Positions 11,155 to 25,043 are shown, counted from the first letter of the stretch. The stretch: 64,000 nt of DNA from Octopus vulgaris (GCA_951406725.2 OX597831.1:27156001-27220000), one strand, 5' to 3'. Notes: a model not told the origin generated them from the letters alone. Made by a program: numbers and translations.

Positions 11155-12595
11155 TAACTCAAAAAGTTCCACGAAATGTGGTTTGTAAACAAGCTACTTA
11201 CCACACAGCCACTCCTGCGCCTATTATGTTTAAAGAATAACTTATTCAACTTTGTTTTAACATCATTTTCTTCAAAATAGTCACCTTGCGCAGCAATACA
11301 CCAGTCCCAGCGTTCCTGCCACTTTTGGAATTCGAGCTGGAAGTCGTTTTCCGTACTTGACTCGAGGACCTTCTGTGACTTGCTCTGGATCTTGACAACG
11401 GTGTTAAAACAGCGACCTCTGAGCTGCATTTTCACTTCGGGGGATGGCATAGAACGGGGCGGATGCGGAAGTGACACTATGTTGTTTTTGGTGAGAAATT
11501 CACGAGTGGGGAGAGCTCGGTGACAGGGTTCATTGTCGTCGTGAAGAAGCCAGTTCTTCGCACTTCACAGATCCGGTCACTTTCGCTGAATGTCCTTCCC
11601 CAAACGCTTCAAAACGTCTCCCTTAACGGTCTGGCCCTGGGGAAGGAAATCTCAACGCACAATACCGCGAATGCCCCCAAAAATAAATAAATAAATAAAA
11701 ACTATAAGCAAGCTATAGACGTAGGAGTGGCTGTGTGGTAAGTAGCTTGCTTACCAACCACATGGTTCTGGGTTCAGTCCTGCTGCATGGCACCTTGGGC
11801 AAGTGTCTTTTACTATAGCTCCGGGCCGACCAAAGCCTTGTGAGTGGATTTGGTAGACGGAAACTGAAAGAAGCCTGTCGTACATATGTATATATATATA
11901 TATACCGGAGTAAACACATAAATGTGAAACAAGGTGGAAAAAAGAGTACTCAAATACCAGTGGTAGAGTAATATGCTTTATTTAAAGCAGCAGAAAATTC
12001 AATATATATGTATGTATGTGTGTGTATATGTTTGTGTGTCTGTGTTTATCCCCCAACGTCGCTTGGCAACCGATGCTGGTGTGTTTACGTCTCCGTAACT
12101 TAGCGGTTCGGCTAAAGAGACCGATAGAATAAGTACTAGGCTTACAAAGAATAAGTCCTGGGGTCGATTTGCTCGACTAAAGGCCGCAGTCAAATGACTG
12201 AAACAAGTATAAGAAAAAAGAAAAATGCTCTTGATTGAGCTGCGGACGTTGTTCCGCTTTTGAAGTGCCCACACCACTCAAAACATTGCGTACGACCCAT
12301 TGCCTCATCATTGAAAGCTTGCCAAAGCATGCTCAATGTTTCTGTAGCAGACTTCCCAAGTTTAACGCAAAATTTCAAATTGGGTCTTTATTCCTGTCCA
12401 TGACAAAATTGCAGATTACAGCATACATGTGATCACAAAAATACAAATTTCGCAACTTGTGAATTAAACACAACGATGCCACTCGGCACACTGCCTAATG
12501 AAGGGCACTGCTAGCTCTCACTGCACATGCAACCGTGTGCTGCCATCTGTAGGCGCGCTGCAGAACTAGACCGGCTACATTTTGATACCACCTCG
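11155..12595 (-). mobile_element. Decayed mariner with internal deletion and nested SINE-A copies
   Basis: N-terminus KFCVKLGKSATETL...CFEW..HFKSG (12190-12378), C-terminus FQKWQERWDWCIAAQGDYFE (11121-11477), TIR ...tttgataccacctcg followed by TA. Confidence 0.85.
11718..12220 (+). mobile_element. SINE-A nested in the mariner, with another element fragment (11904-12000) inside its TA tract
   Basis: Consensus match; the insert is homologous to 62382-62460. Confidence 0.85.
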
Positions 12596-12888
12596 TATGT
12601 AGGTGTATGTACCTGCATTTATGTTCTGCGTTCTGCGTGAACATATCTACTTAATGATTACATATTTGTGCGTGTGTGTGCTTGTGTGTGTGTGTAAGCG
12701 TGTTCATCGTTACTTTTTACATATGTGTCTTTGCAGTCACACACAACCAGCCTGTGTACCTATGTTCATTTAGAGAATCTCAAATGGAAAAAACCTTTGG
12801 AATGTTTCACAAATTTTCACTGTATCATTAACAGATTGGATTTGGAGGATACGCGGCAGTTTCTTTTGCTCCTCAGAGAAAAGTACTA

Positions 12889-13403
12889 CCGTAAATACTC
12901 ATGTATAATCCGCATTTTCCCCCCAAAAATTTAAAGGTCAAAATCCCTAGTGCGTATTATACACGAGGCTAAAAATGAAAAATATTTCCTAAGCAATGTT
13001 CAAGTCTCTATTTGCTGTCCGGCAATGTTTATTCAGACGCATTTTGTGATTTCGGGCGCGGCGAAAATACCTTAAGCTAAGCCTTAAAGCAATGAAGTCA
13101 CAAAAGAATCATCCATAACTTGCAGTAAGCAACATTTATTAAACGTTATTACTGTTATTTCTTTATTTTCTGCAAACAAAATGCACAAAAAGCTACACGT
13201 TTGCATTATGTTATATATACAATAATAATATTGGACGTTACCGTATACATTTTTACAAACCAAGGACGTTATACAGACCTCCTTGATTCAAGTTAGAGAA
13301 GGGGTGCGTTTTATACACAAGGTTTAGGTTTTTCAGAGGTACAGCCCCCTAAAAATCCCCTGCGTATTATACTCAAGGGTGGACTATACTCGAGGATTTA
13401 CGG
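12889..13403. mobile_element. Non-autonomous Tc2/pogo-like DNA transposon, copy 1
   Basis: TIRs ccgtaaatactcatgtata / tatactcgaggatttacgg; TA TSD; inverted homolog at 59797-60319. Confidence 0.85.
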
Positions 13404-13623
13404 TATTTCTAGGTTTTTGAGCAAATAATGCAGTTATGATAATACGTACAAAGAAAAATTGCTTTCCCCTCAGATCATGACGAATTTAAATACCTTCAAA
13501 TCTTAATATTTATGTTCAAATATATCGTTATATTTTGAAATCTGCGTTAGTAAACTCGCAGTATTAGAATTTGCAGCCTCTATACTATTCTCCATGCTTT
13601 CCTCAAGTGTTCTATAAGTCACG

Positions 13624-13749
<126 letters not shown>

Positions 13750-14319
13750 GTCTGTGTGTCTGTCTGTCTGTCCTTCGAAAGGAAAGAAGGACATGATATC
13801 CGGCGCCAAAACAATGCTTCATTATAATCCCATATTCCCATGGAAAAAGCCGACTTAAAAACGGATGAACGAATATATCTACTTATATGTGCGTGTGTAT
13901 GGTGTGTGTGTGTGCGTATACATCACACATGAGTGAGTGGGCAAACGAAAGAAAGTGGCACTTCATGGAGGTATGTCAAACTTATTAAATATGTGTGTGT
14001 ATGTACATACATATACACACATCTATATATGTGTATATATATATATATACACAGATATATTCAACTTACGATGAAAGTAAACAAAGTTTGTTTTAGAAGC
14101 GTTGAGATGTATTGAAAGATACAGAAATAATTTTTTTTATTCTCAAACGCGTGATAATGCTAATAAATAGCGTGATCAGGATAAATTATCCATACATTGC
14201 ACGAACACTCATCCCTGTGATTACGCGTCAAGTGCTTTACCATTAAGCTAAACTGCCCAGTAACAAATTCTTCTGCAATTTTAGAATTTTAGAACTTATA
14301 AATTTAGCTTCATAAGACG

Positions 14320-14384
<65 letters not shown>

Positions 14385-14884
14385 TATTTATATATATGAT
14401 GTGTGTGTGCGCGCGTATGTGTGTCCTTTGATTTTTATCTTGAGTTCTTGATACAGTTCAACTCTCGCGTAACAAAGCGATCATTGTGTTTGCACCGGAT
14501 TGATGTTCGTATTGCGACAATACACCTGTATTCCCTGTTTTTAAAGGTGTAAATTATTTCCAATTTTTACATGGATTTGAGTTATGCAAAGAGTAATCCT
14601 TCCTGCGGATAGCGTTGTAAATAGTTTTTTGCAATCATATCATGTCTCGAGGGTAAATATCTTGTCGATATTATGAGGTAGCTGCTGTTTTCGAAATGAG
14701 GAGTTGATTGGCAGCCGACAACTGATGAAGGGTCATTCTTTATGTTACTTGTCCTGTTTTCCATTTGTTTCCCTCGTTGACGTGATTCCATTGCGTCTAC
14801 AATAATAAATAGCCCTTTCTCCTGAAGGGCTGAAGTTTGTAGGGAGGAGCTAGTCGATTACATCGACGCTAGTATTCATCTGGT

Positions 14885-15107
14885 TTTCGTATTTCCTGCC
14901 GTTTACTGTTGGTGACGTCCTGTACCCATATATACCACTAAACCTTTTTCTATTTTCTCTCCCTGTTTATTTTTGCGTTCCTTTCTGTCGAAGAGCGTAG
15001 GCTCGAAACATAAAAGAGTTTCTCACTTCCTGAGCGTTATACTAATACATCTGTTTGTTGTTTACACCACCTGTCTTCGTCTTTTTTTTTTTTTTTTTGT
15101 AAATTCT
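14885..15107 (+). mobile_element. Short dispersed retroelement end (family P1, Penelope-like by inference)
   Basis: Core gaagagcgtaggctcgaaac...ctaatac...ctgtcttcgtc also at about 51700-51810(-), 56053-56240(-) and 62540-62737(+), partial at 47550-47675(-). Confidence 0.55.
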
Positions 15108-15218
15108 AGTCCCACTGTGTGGCACCTTGGGCATGTGTCTTCTGCTATAGCCCCGGGCCGACCAATGCCTTGTGAGTGGATTTGGTAGACGGAAACTGAA
15201 AGAAGCCTGTCGTATATA

Positions 15219-15270
<52 letters not shown>

Positions 15271-15845
15271 TATGTATATGTATATCCAACACAAATGTTC
15301 AATGTCCTTGTTTTGTTTATTCGCCGGTTCGCTGCTGCATAGCGCTTTGGAGGCGACTCCCTCATAACGTTGAAAGTCATAGACAGGCGAAACAACTCGC
15401 CTCCGATCGAATTCAAGAGTGAAGGATACCGATATTTCGTCATTCTTGTTGCTTGTCCACGTCACTTCAACATGTATTATTTGGCGCCAAATTTTCGTCG
15501 CACGAATGCTCCCTCGTCACTTGAGATTCCATTGCGTCTACATATAATAAATAGCCCTTTCTCCTGAAGGGCTGAAATTTGTAGGGAGGAGCTAGTCGAT
15601 TACATCGACCCTAGTCTAGTATTCATCTGGTACTTATTTCACCGTCCTCGAAAAGATGAAAGGCGAATTTACCTCAGCGGAGTTTGAACTCAGAACTTGA
15701 AGACGGAAGAAATGTCGCTTATTAATAAGTTAAAGTGAAATTAACTGCGTTTATAAGTTTTTTTAATGGCCGATATGTGATCATCGCTGCAATCGTTTTT
15801 TGTTTCAAAACACGATCTGAGATCAAATTACTTTCCTAGCTGTAC

Positions 15846-15879
<34 letters not shown>

Positions 15880-16163
15880 CCTGGAAAGTAATTTGATCTC
15901 AGATCGTGTTTCGAAACTAAAACGATTGCAGCGACGAAAACATATCAACCATTAAAAAAAAAAAAAACAACTATTCATAAGCGCAGTTAATTCCACTTTA
16001 ACTTTTGTATATATATATTTTTGTATGACTTAAAGGTTTGGTCGCTGTTTAGTTACGTCTTTAGGAGTTGGTTATAGATTTACTTATTGAATTTACTTAC
16101 CGATACTGTTGTACAGAGGGTAAATGTGTTTGAAAGTTGTGGTTCCTTTGGTATGTTTGTTCC

Positions 16164-16198
<35 letters not shown>

Positions 16199-16446
16199 AC
16201 ACACACACACATACGCATGCCCAAATTTGTCTTCGTATTTCATGTTGTTTACGTTTTATGACGTTCTGTACCCATATATGCATATGTGTGTGTGTATGAG
16301 TGTACATATATGTATCCTTAAATCCTTAAAAATGTTTTAGCCCGAAGGCCGCGGCCATGCTGGGGCACGTAAATATATATTATATTATTATATGACTGAA
16401 CGCCACGCATTCACTTCCAAGTACGTTTATCTATCTATCTATCTAT

Positions 16447-16496
<50 letters not shown>

Positions 16497-16499
<3 letters not shown>

Positions 16500-16776
16500 C
16501 AATAATAATGCAGGGTAAAATTAATTAATTAATTAGTAATTAATAATTTTACCAAGCAGTGTTCAGTATGTAAATACGGTAAATTACTTTATATAATTAC
16601 TTTATATAATTAGGGTTCAGCAAAAAAATTTGCTTTACCACATACCGAACTTTTAGAAATAGCAGCCAAAGAATTTTTTTTGAGTATACATTGTCTGGGA
16701 GACTCCTCTTATAGTAGAGGAAATAGCTAAATTCTTTGGCTGCTATTTCTAAAAGTTCGGTATGTGGTAAAGCAAA
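16497..16776. mobile_element. Dispersed element end next to (TA)n with an inverted partial copy (family P2)
   Basis: Homolog in opposite orientation at 34380-34622; perfect 48-bp inverted repeat. Confidence 0.55.
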
Positions 16777-17068
16777 GAGCTAATATGCGGACAGCTTTAT
16801 TCTTATTTTTATAAGAATGCCATATTAGTATGGCGATAACTATTAATTTCCAGGAACGCTGCCGTGTTCTCTTTTAGAGAGACTTAGTCATTTTAATATT
16901 TCTATTATATATATATATATATATATAGTCACTAGATGTCTTATATAATCGATAGTTTATTGTGGTCGACAACAGACATAATTTTGGGACAAACTCTTTT
17001 GTTCCTCCTGGTTCTATAGTGTACCGAAGAACTGCCCAGCTGACTGTGATAGACACAATAACCAACAC

Positions 17069-17100
17069 TGCTGCGGCTACCACTGCTGCTGCTGCTGCTG

Positions 17101-17132
<32 letters not shown>

Positions 17133-17244
17133 GTTGCTGGCGCTGCCGTTTCTTCTTCTTCTTCTTCTTCTTCTTCTTCTTCTTCTTCTTCTTCTTCTTC
17201 TTCTTCTCCTTCTTCTTCTTCTTCTCCTTCTTCTTCTTCTTCTT

Positions 17245-17298
<54 letters not shown>

Positions 17299-17326
17299 TT
17301 GCTGCTGCCTTTTCTTTTTCTTCTTC

Positions 17327-17358
<32 letters not shown>

Positions 17359-17435
17359 CTCCTTCTCCCCTCCTCCTCCTCCTCCTTCTTTTTCTTCTTC
17401 TTCTTCTTCTTCTTCTTCTTCTTCTTCTTCTTCTT

Positions 17436-17474
<39 letters not shown>

Positions 17475-17620
17475 TTGCTGCTGCCTTTTCTTTTTCTTCT
17501 TCTACTTCTTCTTCTCCTTCTTCTTCTTCTTCTTCTTCTTCTTCTTCTTCTTCTCCTTCTCCCCTCCTCCTCCTCCTCCTTCTTTTTCTTCTTCTTCTTC
17601 TTCTTCTTCTTCTTCTTCTT

Positions 17621-17677
<57 letters not shown>

Positions 17678-17680
17678 TGA
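17069..17680. repeat. Composite (CTG)/(CTA)/(CTT)/(CTC) trinucleotide array with a higher-order repeat unit
   Basis: Junction ctcttgctgctgccttttctttttcttcttctact recurs at about 17296 and 17472. Confidence 0.9.
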
Positions 17681-18349
17681 CGACAACGACGATCGCTGTA
17701 ATAACAAAATCATCCAGTGGCAAGTATTTCGCTGGTCACAGAATCGGCTAGAAATAGCAACTAAATCTCCAGCCATCTTACATTACATATTGGATAGTTA
17801 CAGGTCGGATAATGTAGCCAATGTACATCTCAATCGACAGGATGGTCACGGATGGAGGTCTTCCTCATCATAGTGAGATTCCATTCAGGATGGACTTGGG
17901 GTCGAGCACCACTACCGGCGCCGCCACCACCACTACCAAGGGTCCCTGTAAATGTTCACTCGCCAAGACATAGCACCCCCAAAACCACCCTTTAAATCAC
18001 ACCCCTTAAATCACACCTTAAAAAGAAGGAGCACATTAGTTAGTGTAGTCCGAGATATACAATGCCTTAAAATGAAAAGCGATGATCACAAACGGGACGT
18101 CTATGATCCGAAGTGAGTTTGTTCAGTACAAGCCGCGGGCTAAACAACGGCAAGAACAGAATACAAAAAGCACATCGGTCTTTTGGTCTACTAGAAATAG
18201 CAGCCAAATCACCGTGAATCATAAGGCATCATATGTACATCTCAATCGACAGGATGGTCACGGATGGAGTCTTCCTCATCATAGGGAGATTCCATTCAGG
18301 ATGGACTTGGGGGTTAAACACCACTACCACCACCACCACCACCATGTGT

Positions 18350-18740
18350 GGTGATAGTAGAGGAGGTGGTAGTGCCGGTGCTGATGTGATGGCGGTGGTA
18401 GTGGTGGTAGTGGAGGTGGTGGTGGTGGTTATGGTGATGGTGGTGGTAGTGGAGGTGGTGGTGGTTATGGTGGTGGTGGTGGTAGTGGAGGTGGTGGTGG
18501 TGGTGGTGGTGGTGGTGATGGTGGTTATGGTGGTGGTGGTGGTGATCGTCGTTGTATTGATGGTGGTGGCTGTGCATGTGGTGGTATTTGTGGCGGAGGT
18601 GATGATGGTGGTGGTGATGATGGTTATGGTGGTGATGGTGGTGGGATAGTAGTGGGGATTGTGGTGGGAACGGTAGGGGCGACTGTGGTTGTAGTGGTGG
18701 CAATGGTTATGGTGGTGGTGGTGGTGGTAGTGGTGGGGAG
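18350..18740. repeat. (GGT)n-rich microsatellite
   Basis: Direct inspection. Confidence 0.95.
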
Positions 18741-19000
18741 GTGTGGCCGGCGGTGCTTGTTTGTTTGCTGGTGTAGAGTTTGTTAATTGCATGAACTAGC
18801 AAAGGTTCCATTCACGTGTTTCAGGACGTTCCATGCTTGCCTGTTTGCCTTCATCTCCTCCTTCCCCCCCTCTCTCTCTATCTCTCCCTCCTCCTCTTTC
18901 CTACTCTATCGATCTATCGATATCCCTCGCTCCATTCCTCTCTCTTCCTCTAGGAACCTCCTCCTCATCCCCTCGTCTTTTTTTTTCTTACCAATATTAC

Positions 19001-19053
<53 letters not shown>

Positions 19054-19274
19054 CAGCCCCATTCACATTAACTTCCGCTGCGTCTTCTCTCCCCCACCTC
19101 TCTCCGTTTCTGTTTGCGAGTGTCTTTCCACATCTCTTCCTATTACTCTCTCTCATTCTCTCTCCCTCTCTCATTCTCTCTCTCTCTTTCTCATTCTCTC
19201 TATTTCTATCCAACACCCAAATACACGTTCAATCATTCTCTCTTTTACAATTTCTGTTTCTCTAAAATACACAC

Positions 19275-19322
<48 letters not shown>

Positions 19323-19442
19323 ACTCTCTCTCTCTCTCTCTCTCTGAAACGTGTATTTATTGATCTCAACCTGTCAGTCTATCTTTTTAGCCACTTAACC
19401 ATCCTATCTATCTATCTATCTGTCTGTCTTTCTGCTTGTCAG

Positions 19443-19501
<59 letters not shown>

Positions 19502-19545
19502 GTTTATCTGTCTGTCTTTCTGCTTGTCAGTCTATCTATCTATCT

Positions 19546-19601
<56 letters not shown>

Positions 19602-19763
19602 TACACACAAATATCGGGACTGTCTTGACTGGTTTCATTTCTATTTAGTTATTCATCAGAGAGCCAGTACGAATCTCTTGTGCCTTTGGAGAGATTAATG
19701 TCTTATAACTATTTATATGGAACACGAACCGGGATTCAATTAAACTGGCCAATCGAATTTGCA

Positions 19764-20095
19764 ATACAGGAACTAGCAGGGCCTGGAAGGCACGTTGCGT
19801 GGCAACTGAAACAGGCTGCCTGGGTTTTGTGGGATGTTCGCTCAGGATATGGAGCGTGGTTTTGTGGTTATTATCGGTGTTCACCCGTCGTTTTGATTCA
19901 TTTCTTCGTCATCAAAATCAACGCTGGTAAGGAGAAACTTTGAGTATCGCAGGAGTGAATCATCAACTGTTTCCTCGCGGCTTATGATTATTCCAACTCC
20001 TCTTCTAACAAATTCTTCCAGTTTCTATTTTGAGGACACCCTGTTAAACACATGGTTGTAACATTGTGGTTTCGATTCCTGGACCGGGCGACACG
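19764..20095 (+). mobile_element. HERO-like RLE fragment fused to a tRNA-SINE head, interrupted by an inverted 175-bp insert
   Basis: WKARCVATETGCLGFVGCSL-like relic; same junction as 26040-26190. Confidence 0.6.
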
Positions 20096-20758
20096 TGTTT
20101 AGAGAGCAAGTACGAATTTTTTGTGCCTTTGGAGAGATTAATATCTTTTATAACTATTTATTATATGGAACACGAATCAGGATTCAATTAAGCTGGCCAA
20201 TCGAATTTGCATCACTGTGTTGATGTGATTAACTAGTTATGCATTCACAGGGCTTATTATGATAACTGGAAATACACTAACTGTAAAGTAAACTTACTAT
20301 TTTAACCTCGCTGAGAACTTTCAATAAGTGTAGATATATATATTTATAACTATCTGAGAGCAAAATAATTATGAGATTGTCTGAACAGATTTTGTCTCTA
20401 TTTGGGGATTCATTAGAGAACAAGTTCCAGCTTACCTCTGCCTACGTATAAATTGATTGCTATTTATATCAATCACAAACCTAGACTCAATTAAACGGGG
20501 GTCAGCCTAACTTTTAAGTGTTTATATATTTTTGGCACATAACGAACTCCATTATCAACACGCGCGATGCAACATGGTTGCCGCAGAAACTGCAGAGATG
20601 GCATCATTAGCGTAAATAAACATGTATCACACAAATTATTTTCAGATTAAAACAACAAAACATAACTTTAAAATGAAACAAAAAAAGAATTACAGATGAA
20701 GGTTTCAGTCTTCAATATTTGCGGATGTACAAAGGAAGATATGAAAGAAAATAAAGAG

Positions 20759-20790
<32 letters not shown>

Positions 20791-20801
20791 CTCTCTCTCT
20801 T

Positions 20802-20869
<68 letters not shown>

Positions 20870-21171
20870 ACACACACGCACACAATTAAATAGATAAATA
20901 AATGATATTGACACCAATGTCAACAACAATAACTACATCGCGTATTTTGAAAACGTTGTTTATTATCAAAAGAAGCGATGCGACTTGAACCAGCTCAACG
21001 AAAAGGAGAAGGAATGAGCGATGTACGACACTAAAGACAGCACCTTATGTCTTTAGACAGCACCTTATGTCTTTAGACAGCACCTTATTTCTCGTCGAAT
21101 GAAGGTTTCAAGTCTTCAATATTTACGGATGTAGAAAGGAAGATATGAAAGAAAATAGAGATCTGTCTCTT

Positions 21172-21258
<87 letters not shown>

Positions 21259-21827
21259 TAAATAGATAAATAAACGATAAAGGAATAAACGATGTACGTC
21301 ACTAAAGACAGCACCTTATTTCTCGTCGAATGAACCCAGGAAAAGGAAACGATGAATGTAACATATTTCTGCTCTTCCTTACCCCCCCCCCCAACAAAAA
21401 TGGAGGGATTTCAGAGTGTCCTCAAAATAGAAACTGGAAGAATTTGTTAGAAGAGGAGTTGTTGGAATAATCATAAGCCGCGAGGAAACAGTTGATGATT
21501 CACTCCTGCGATACTCAAAGTTTCTCCTTACCAGCGTTGATTTTGATGACGAAGAAATGAATCAAAACGACGGTTGAACACCGATAATAACCATTTCCAA
21601 AGGTCAGTTGCGGTCAGGAGGAAAGAGGAAATTTGTATCATGCCCTATCGAGTGGTGTTAATTACATCCAACTTGGTTACGTGTTGCGGAGAGGAAGGAC
21701 AGGGTAATGCAGTCACGTGATCTATGACGAGGGAGTCAGCTCTCTTTGCATTTGAAAGTTTTCCATAAAAGCTAATTTAAATTATATGTAATATATACAT
21801 ACATACTTATATATAATCCTTACATAG

Positions 21828-21873
<46 letters not shown>

Positions 21874-21937
21874 TTGTGTGTATACACACACACATATCGA
21901 TATAGATATATACATATACGTGCATACATACATATAC

Positions 21938-22083
21938 GCAGGTATAGTTGTAAGAAGTTTGCTTCCTAACCAACCACATGGCTCCGGGTTCAGTCCCACT
22001 ACGTGGCGCCTACTATAACCCCAGGCAAACAAGACCTTATGGATTTAGTAAACGGAAACTAAAAGAAGCCTGTCGCACATATA

Positions 22084-22177
<94 letters not shown>

Positions 22178-22625
22178 TCTATGTATGTATGTATGTATGT
22201 ATGTATGTATGTATGTATGTATGTATGTATGTATGTATGTGATTATGATTGTACTTGTCCTCCACCACCGCATGACGACCGGCGTTAGTTTGCTTTCGTT
22301 CCTCGTAACCTAGGCGTTCAGCAACAGACATAGATAGTATTAGCACCTGGCTTTGAAAAGGGTGCGAACTGGCAGAATCGTTAGCACGCCGAGCAAAATG
22401 TTTGTCGGCATTTCGTCCGTCTATACGTTCTGAGCTCAAATTCCACCGAGGTCGACTTTGCCTTTCGTCGTTTTAGGGTCAATAAATAAAGTACCAGTGA
22501 AACGTAGGGGGGTCGATGTAATCGACTAGACTATCCCCCTCCCCACAAATTCCAGCCCTTTAAAAGTAGGAAGGATTGAGAACGGCGAGCTAACAGAATC
22601 GTTAGCACGCTGGACGAAATGCTTT
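21938..22625 (+). mobile_element. Degenerate SINE-A followed by SINE-B
   Basis: Consensus matches at 21938-22330 and 22358-22625. Confidence 0.7.
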
Positions 22626-22941
22626 TATTCGCTTTCATCACTACTTCAGACCTTCTTCAATACATTTACGTATACATGTATGTTTTAATATATTTATGTT
22701 TACATCAAAAAATTCTTTTTTTAATCTATTACCTTATATACATATTTTTGATGTATCATATATATATACTTGTTCTTTAAATTCATCTAAAATCGGAGTC
22801 ATGTTTATGGATTAAATTACCTGGTCTTAAGTTTCTTCATATCATGTATGTTTATCTTTTGTCTCAAGTTCCTCTTGAGCACTTGTGCAAACCTTAACTT
22901 TGTGAGAGAATTTCCGATTAATCGTATTCTTTCACAAAGCA

Positions 22942-23056
<115 letters not shown>

Positions 23057-23170
23057 TTGGATTAAACCCTCCTTCTTCCCTTCCTTCCTGAGCGTCCAAT
23101 AATACTATATTTGTTCCACGTCCTCGCGTTGTTGTGTTTTCTCTTTGTGTTTTCATGTTTGGATTAACTT

Positions 23171-23252
<82 letters not shown>

Positions 23253-23299
23253 CTCCATGTTTTGAATTCTATTTTCTCTGTTAGCACCGCCTTACCTAT

Positions 23300-23332
<33 letters not shown>

Positions 23333-23699
23333 TAGATATATTGATAGATAGCGAAAGAGAGAGAGGCTTACACGCATTGATATGGACGGAGAGTGATGTA
23401 AAGTATACTAACGAACACGTGTTTTTATTAAACACGTTTCAAACCTCTCTGTGGAAAGCAAACACTGTGGTTTGGTCACTGCGTCTAATTACCACAGAGA
23501 GGTCAAAGTTGAGTTTACTAAAAACACATTTTTGTTAATATACCTTACATATTAACGTAGTAGGAGAGTATACGTTACATATCAAGAAAAAATAGCAGCT
23601 CCTACAGCTCTACAGGAGTTGTTAGTAAATAATTTTAACCCCTCAAGTTACTTTAACACCCTGTAGCGCTTATAATTAGCTAACCATACACACACACAC

Positions 23700-23762
<63 letters not shown>

Positions 23763-23998
23763 TAAAACATATGCATATATATATATATACATGTATGTAC
23801 GTACCTACCTCTACATGTATATATACACGCATATATGAGTACAGGACACCAAAAAAAAAGTCGAACACAATGAGAAACGAAAACATAGACACAAACCCAA
23901 GGAACTGGACATTTTTTTAACAAAAAAAAAGGGCACAATTAACACAAAGAAAAAACCCCTTCTTCAGTTAGCATGGTTTCATCTACTCTACGTTTCGA

Positions 23999-24081
<83 letters not shown>

Positions 24082-24087
<6 letters not shown>

Positions 24088-24360
24088 CCAGTGGTTACGG
24101 CAGCGGACTCACGGCTGTAGGATCGCGGTTTCGATTCCCAGACCGAGCGTTGTGAGTGTTTATTGAGCAAAAAGACCCAAAGCTCCACGAGGCGCCGGCA
24201 GGGTGTGGTGGGGTGATCCCTGCTGTACTCTTTCGCCACAACTTCCTCTCACTGTTTCTTCTGTTGGCCTGCTCGCTTAACCAGCAGGGTGGCGTCATTT
24301 GAAGCGCATTGTAACCAGCGATGTGTAGCATCATCTGTCGGTTACGTAATCACGTGATAT
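24082..24360 (+). mobile_element. SINE-C
   Basis: Head atggcccagtggtta...; tail ...cagcgatgtgtagca...cacgtgata. Confidence 0.85.
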
Positions 24361-24613
24361 ATATGGTTAACTCTCTCTCTCTGTATACATATGTAAGTGT
24401 GCGTGCGTGTGAGTGTATATGTGTGTGTGTGTGTGCGTTAAGTAATATTACATTAATCTGAGGAGTTATTCTATACTTTTGTAGTCCGACGATGGTTTAA
24501 CTAGCCGAATCTTCGAAGTCACTCTCAATAATACATTTGCTTTAGAATAAATAAACATATACACTCATACACGGACGCATGCACACACATACACACACAC
24601 ACACATATTTATA

Positions 24614-24816
24614 TCTTTTCAACTTGTTTTAGTAATCCGACTGCAGCCATGCTGGAGCACCGAAGAAATCAACCCCAGAACTTATTCTTTGTAAGCCAAG
24701 TACTTGTTCTAACGATCTCTTACGCCGAACCGCTAATAACGGGGACGTAAATACACCAACATCGGTTGTCAAGTGATGATAGGGGAGGACAAACACAGAC
24801 ACAAAGACATGCTCAC

Positions 24817-24864
<48 letters not shown>

Positions 24865-24985
24865 TAAAATTTAGATTCAGATGAACATGGTACTTAAGTT
24901 AAAGGCACCAGAATTTAGTATGGTATTATCCATATAATTCAAAATGGGGTGATTATAATCAAAAATATGCATCAAGGATATCCAG

Positions 24986-25043
<58 letters not shown>

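Noticed and set aside
12738-12888. Possible plus-strand exon after tgtctttgcag
   Set aside because: No donor site before it is interrupted by a MITE; no recognisable homology
16962-17873. 303-aa ORF with poly-T/S/L/F/Y runs
   Set aside because: Trinucleotide microsatellite artefact
21035-21088. Short direct repeats resembling a CRISPR array
   Set aside because: Head-to-tail 20-bp tandem without spacers, in a eukaryotic context with no cas genes
23382-23503. tggacggaga (miR-184-like start) and a 12-bp inverted repeat acctctctgtgg/ccacagagaggt
   Set aside because: The match covers only about 10 nt and there is no proper precursor stem
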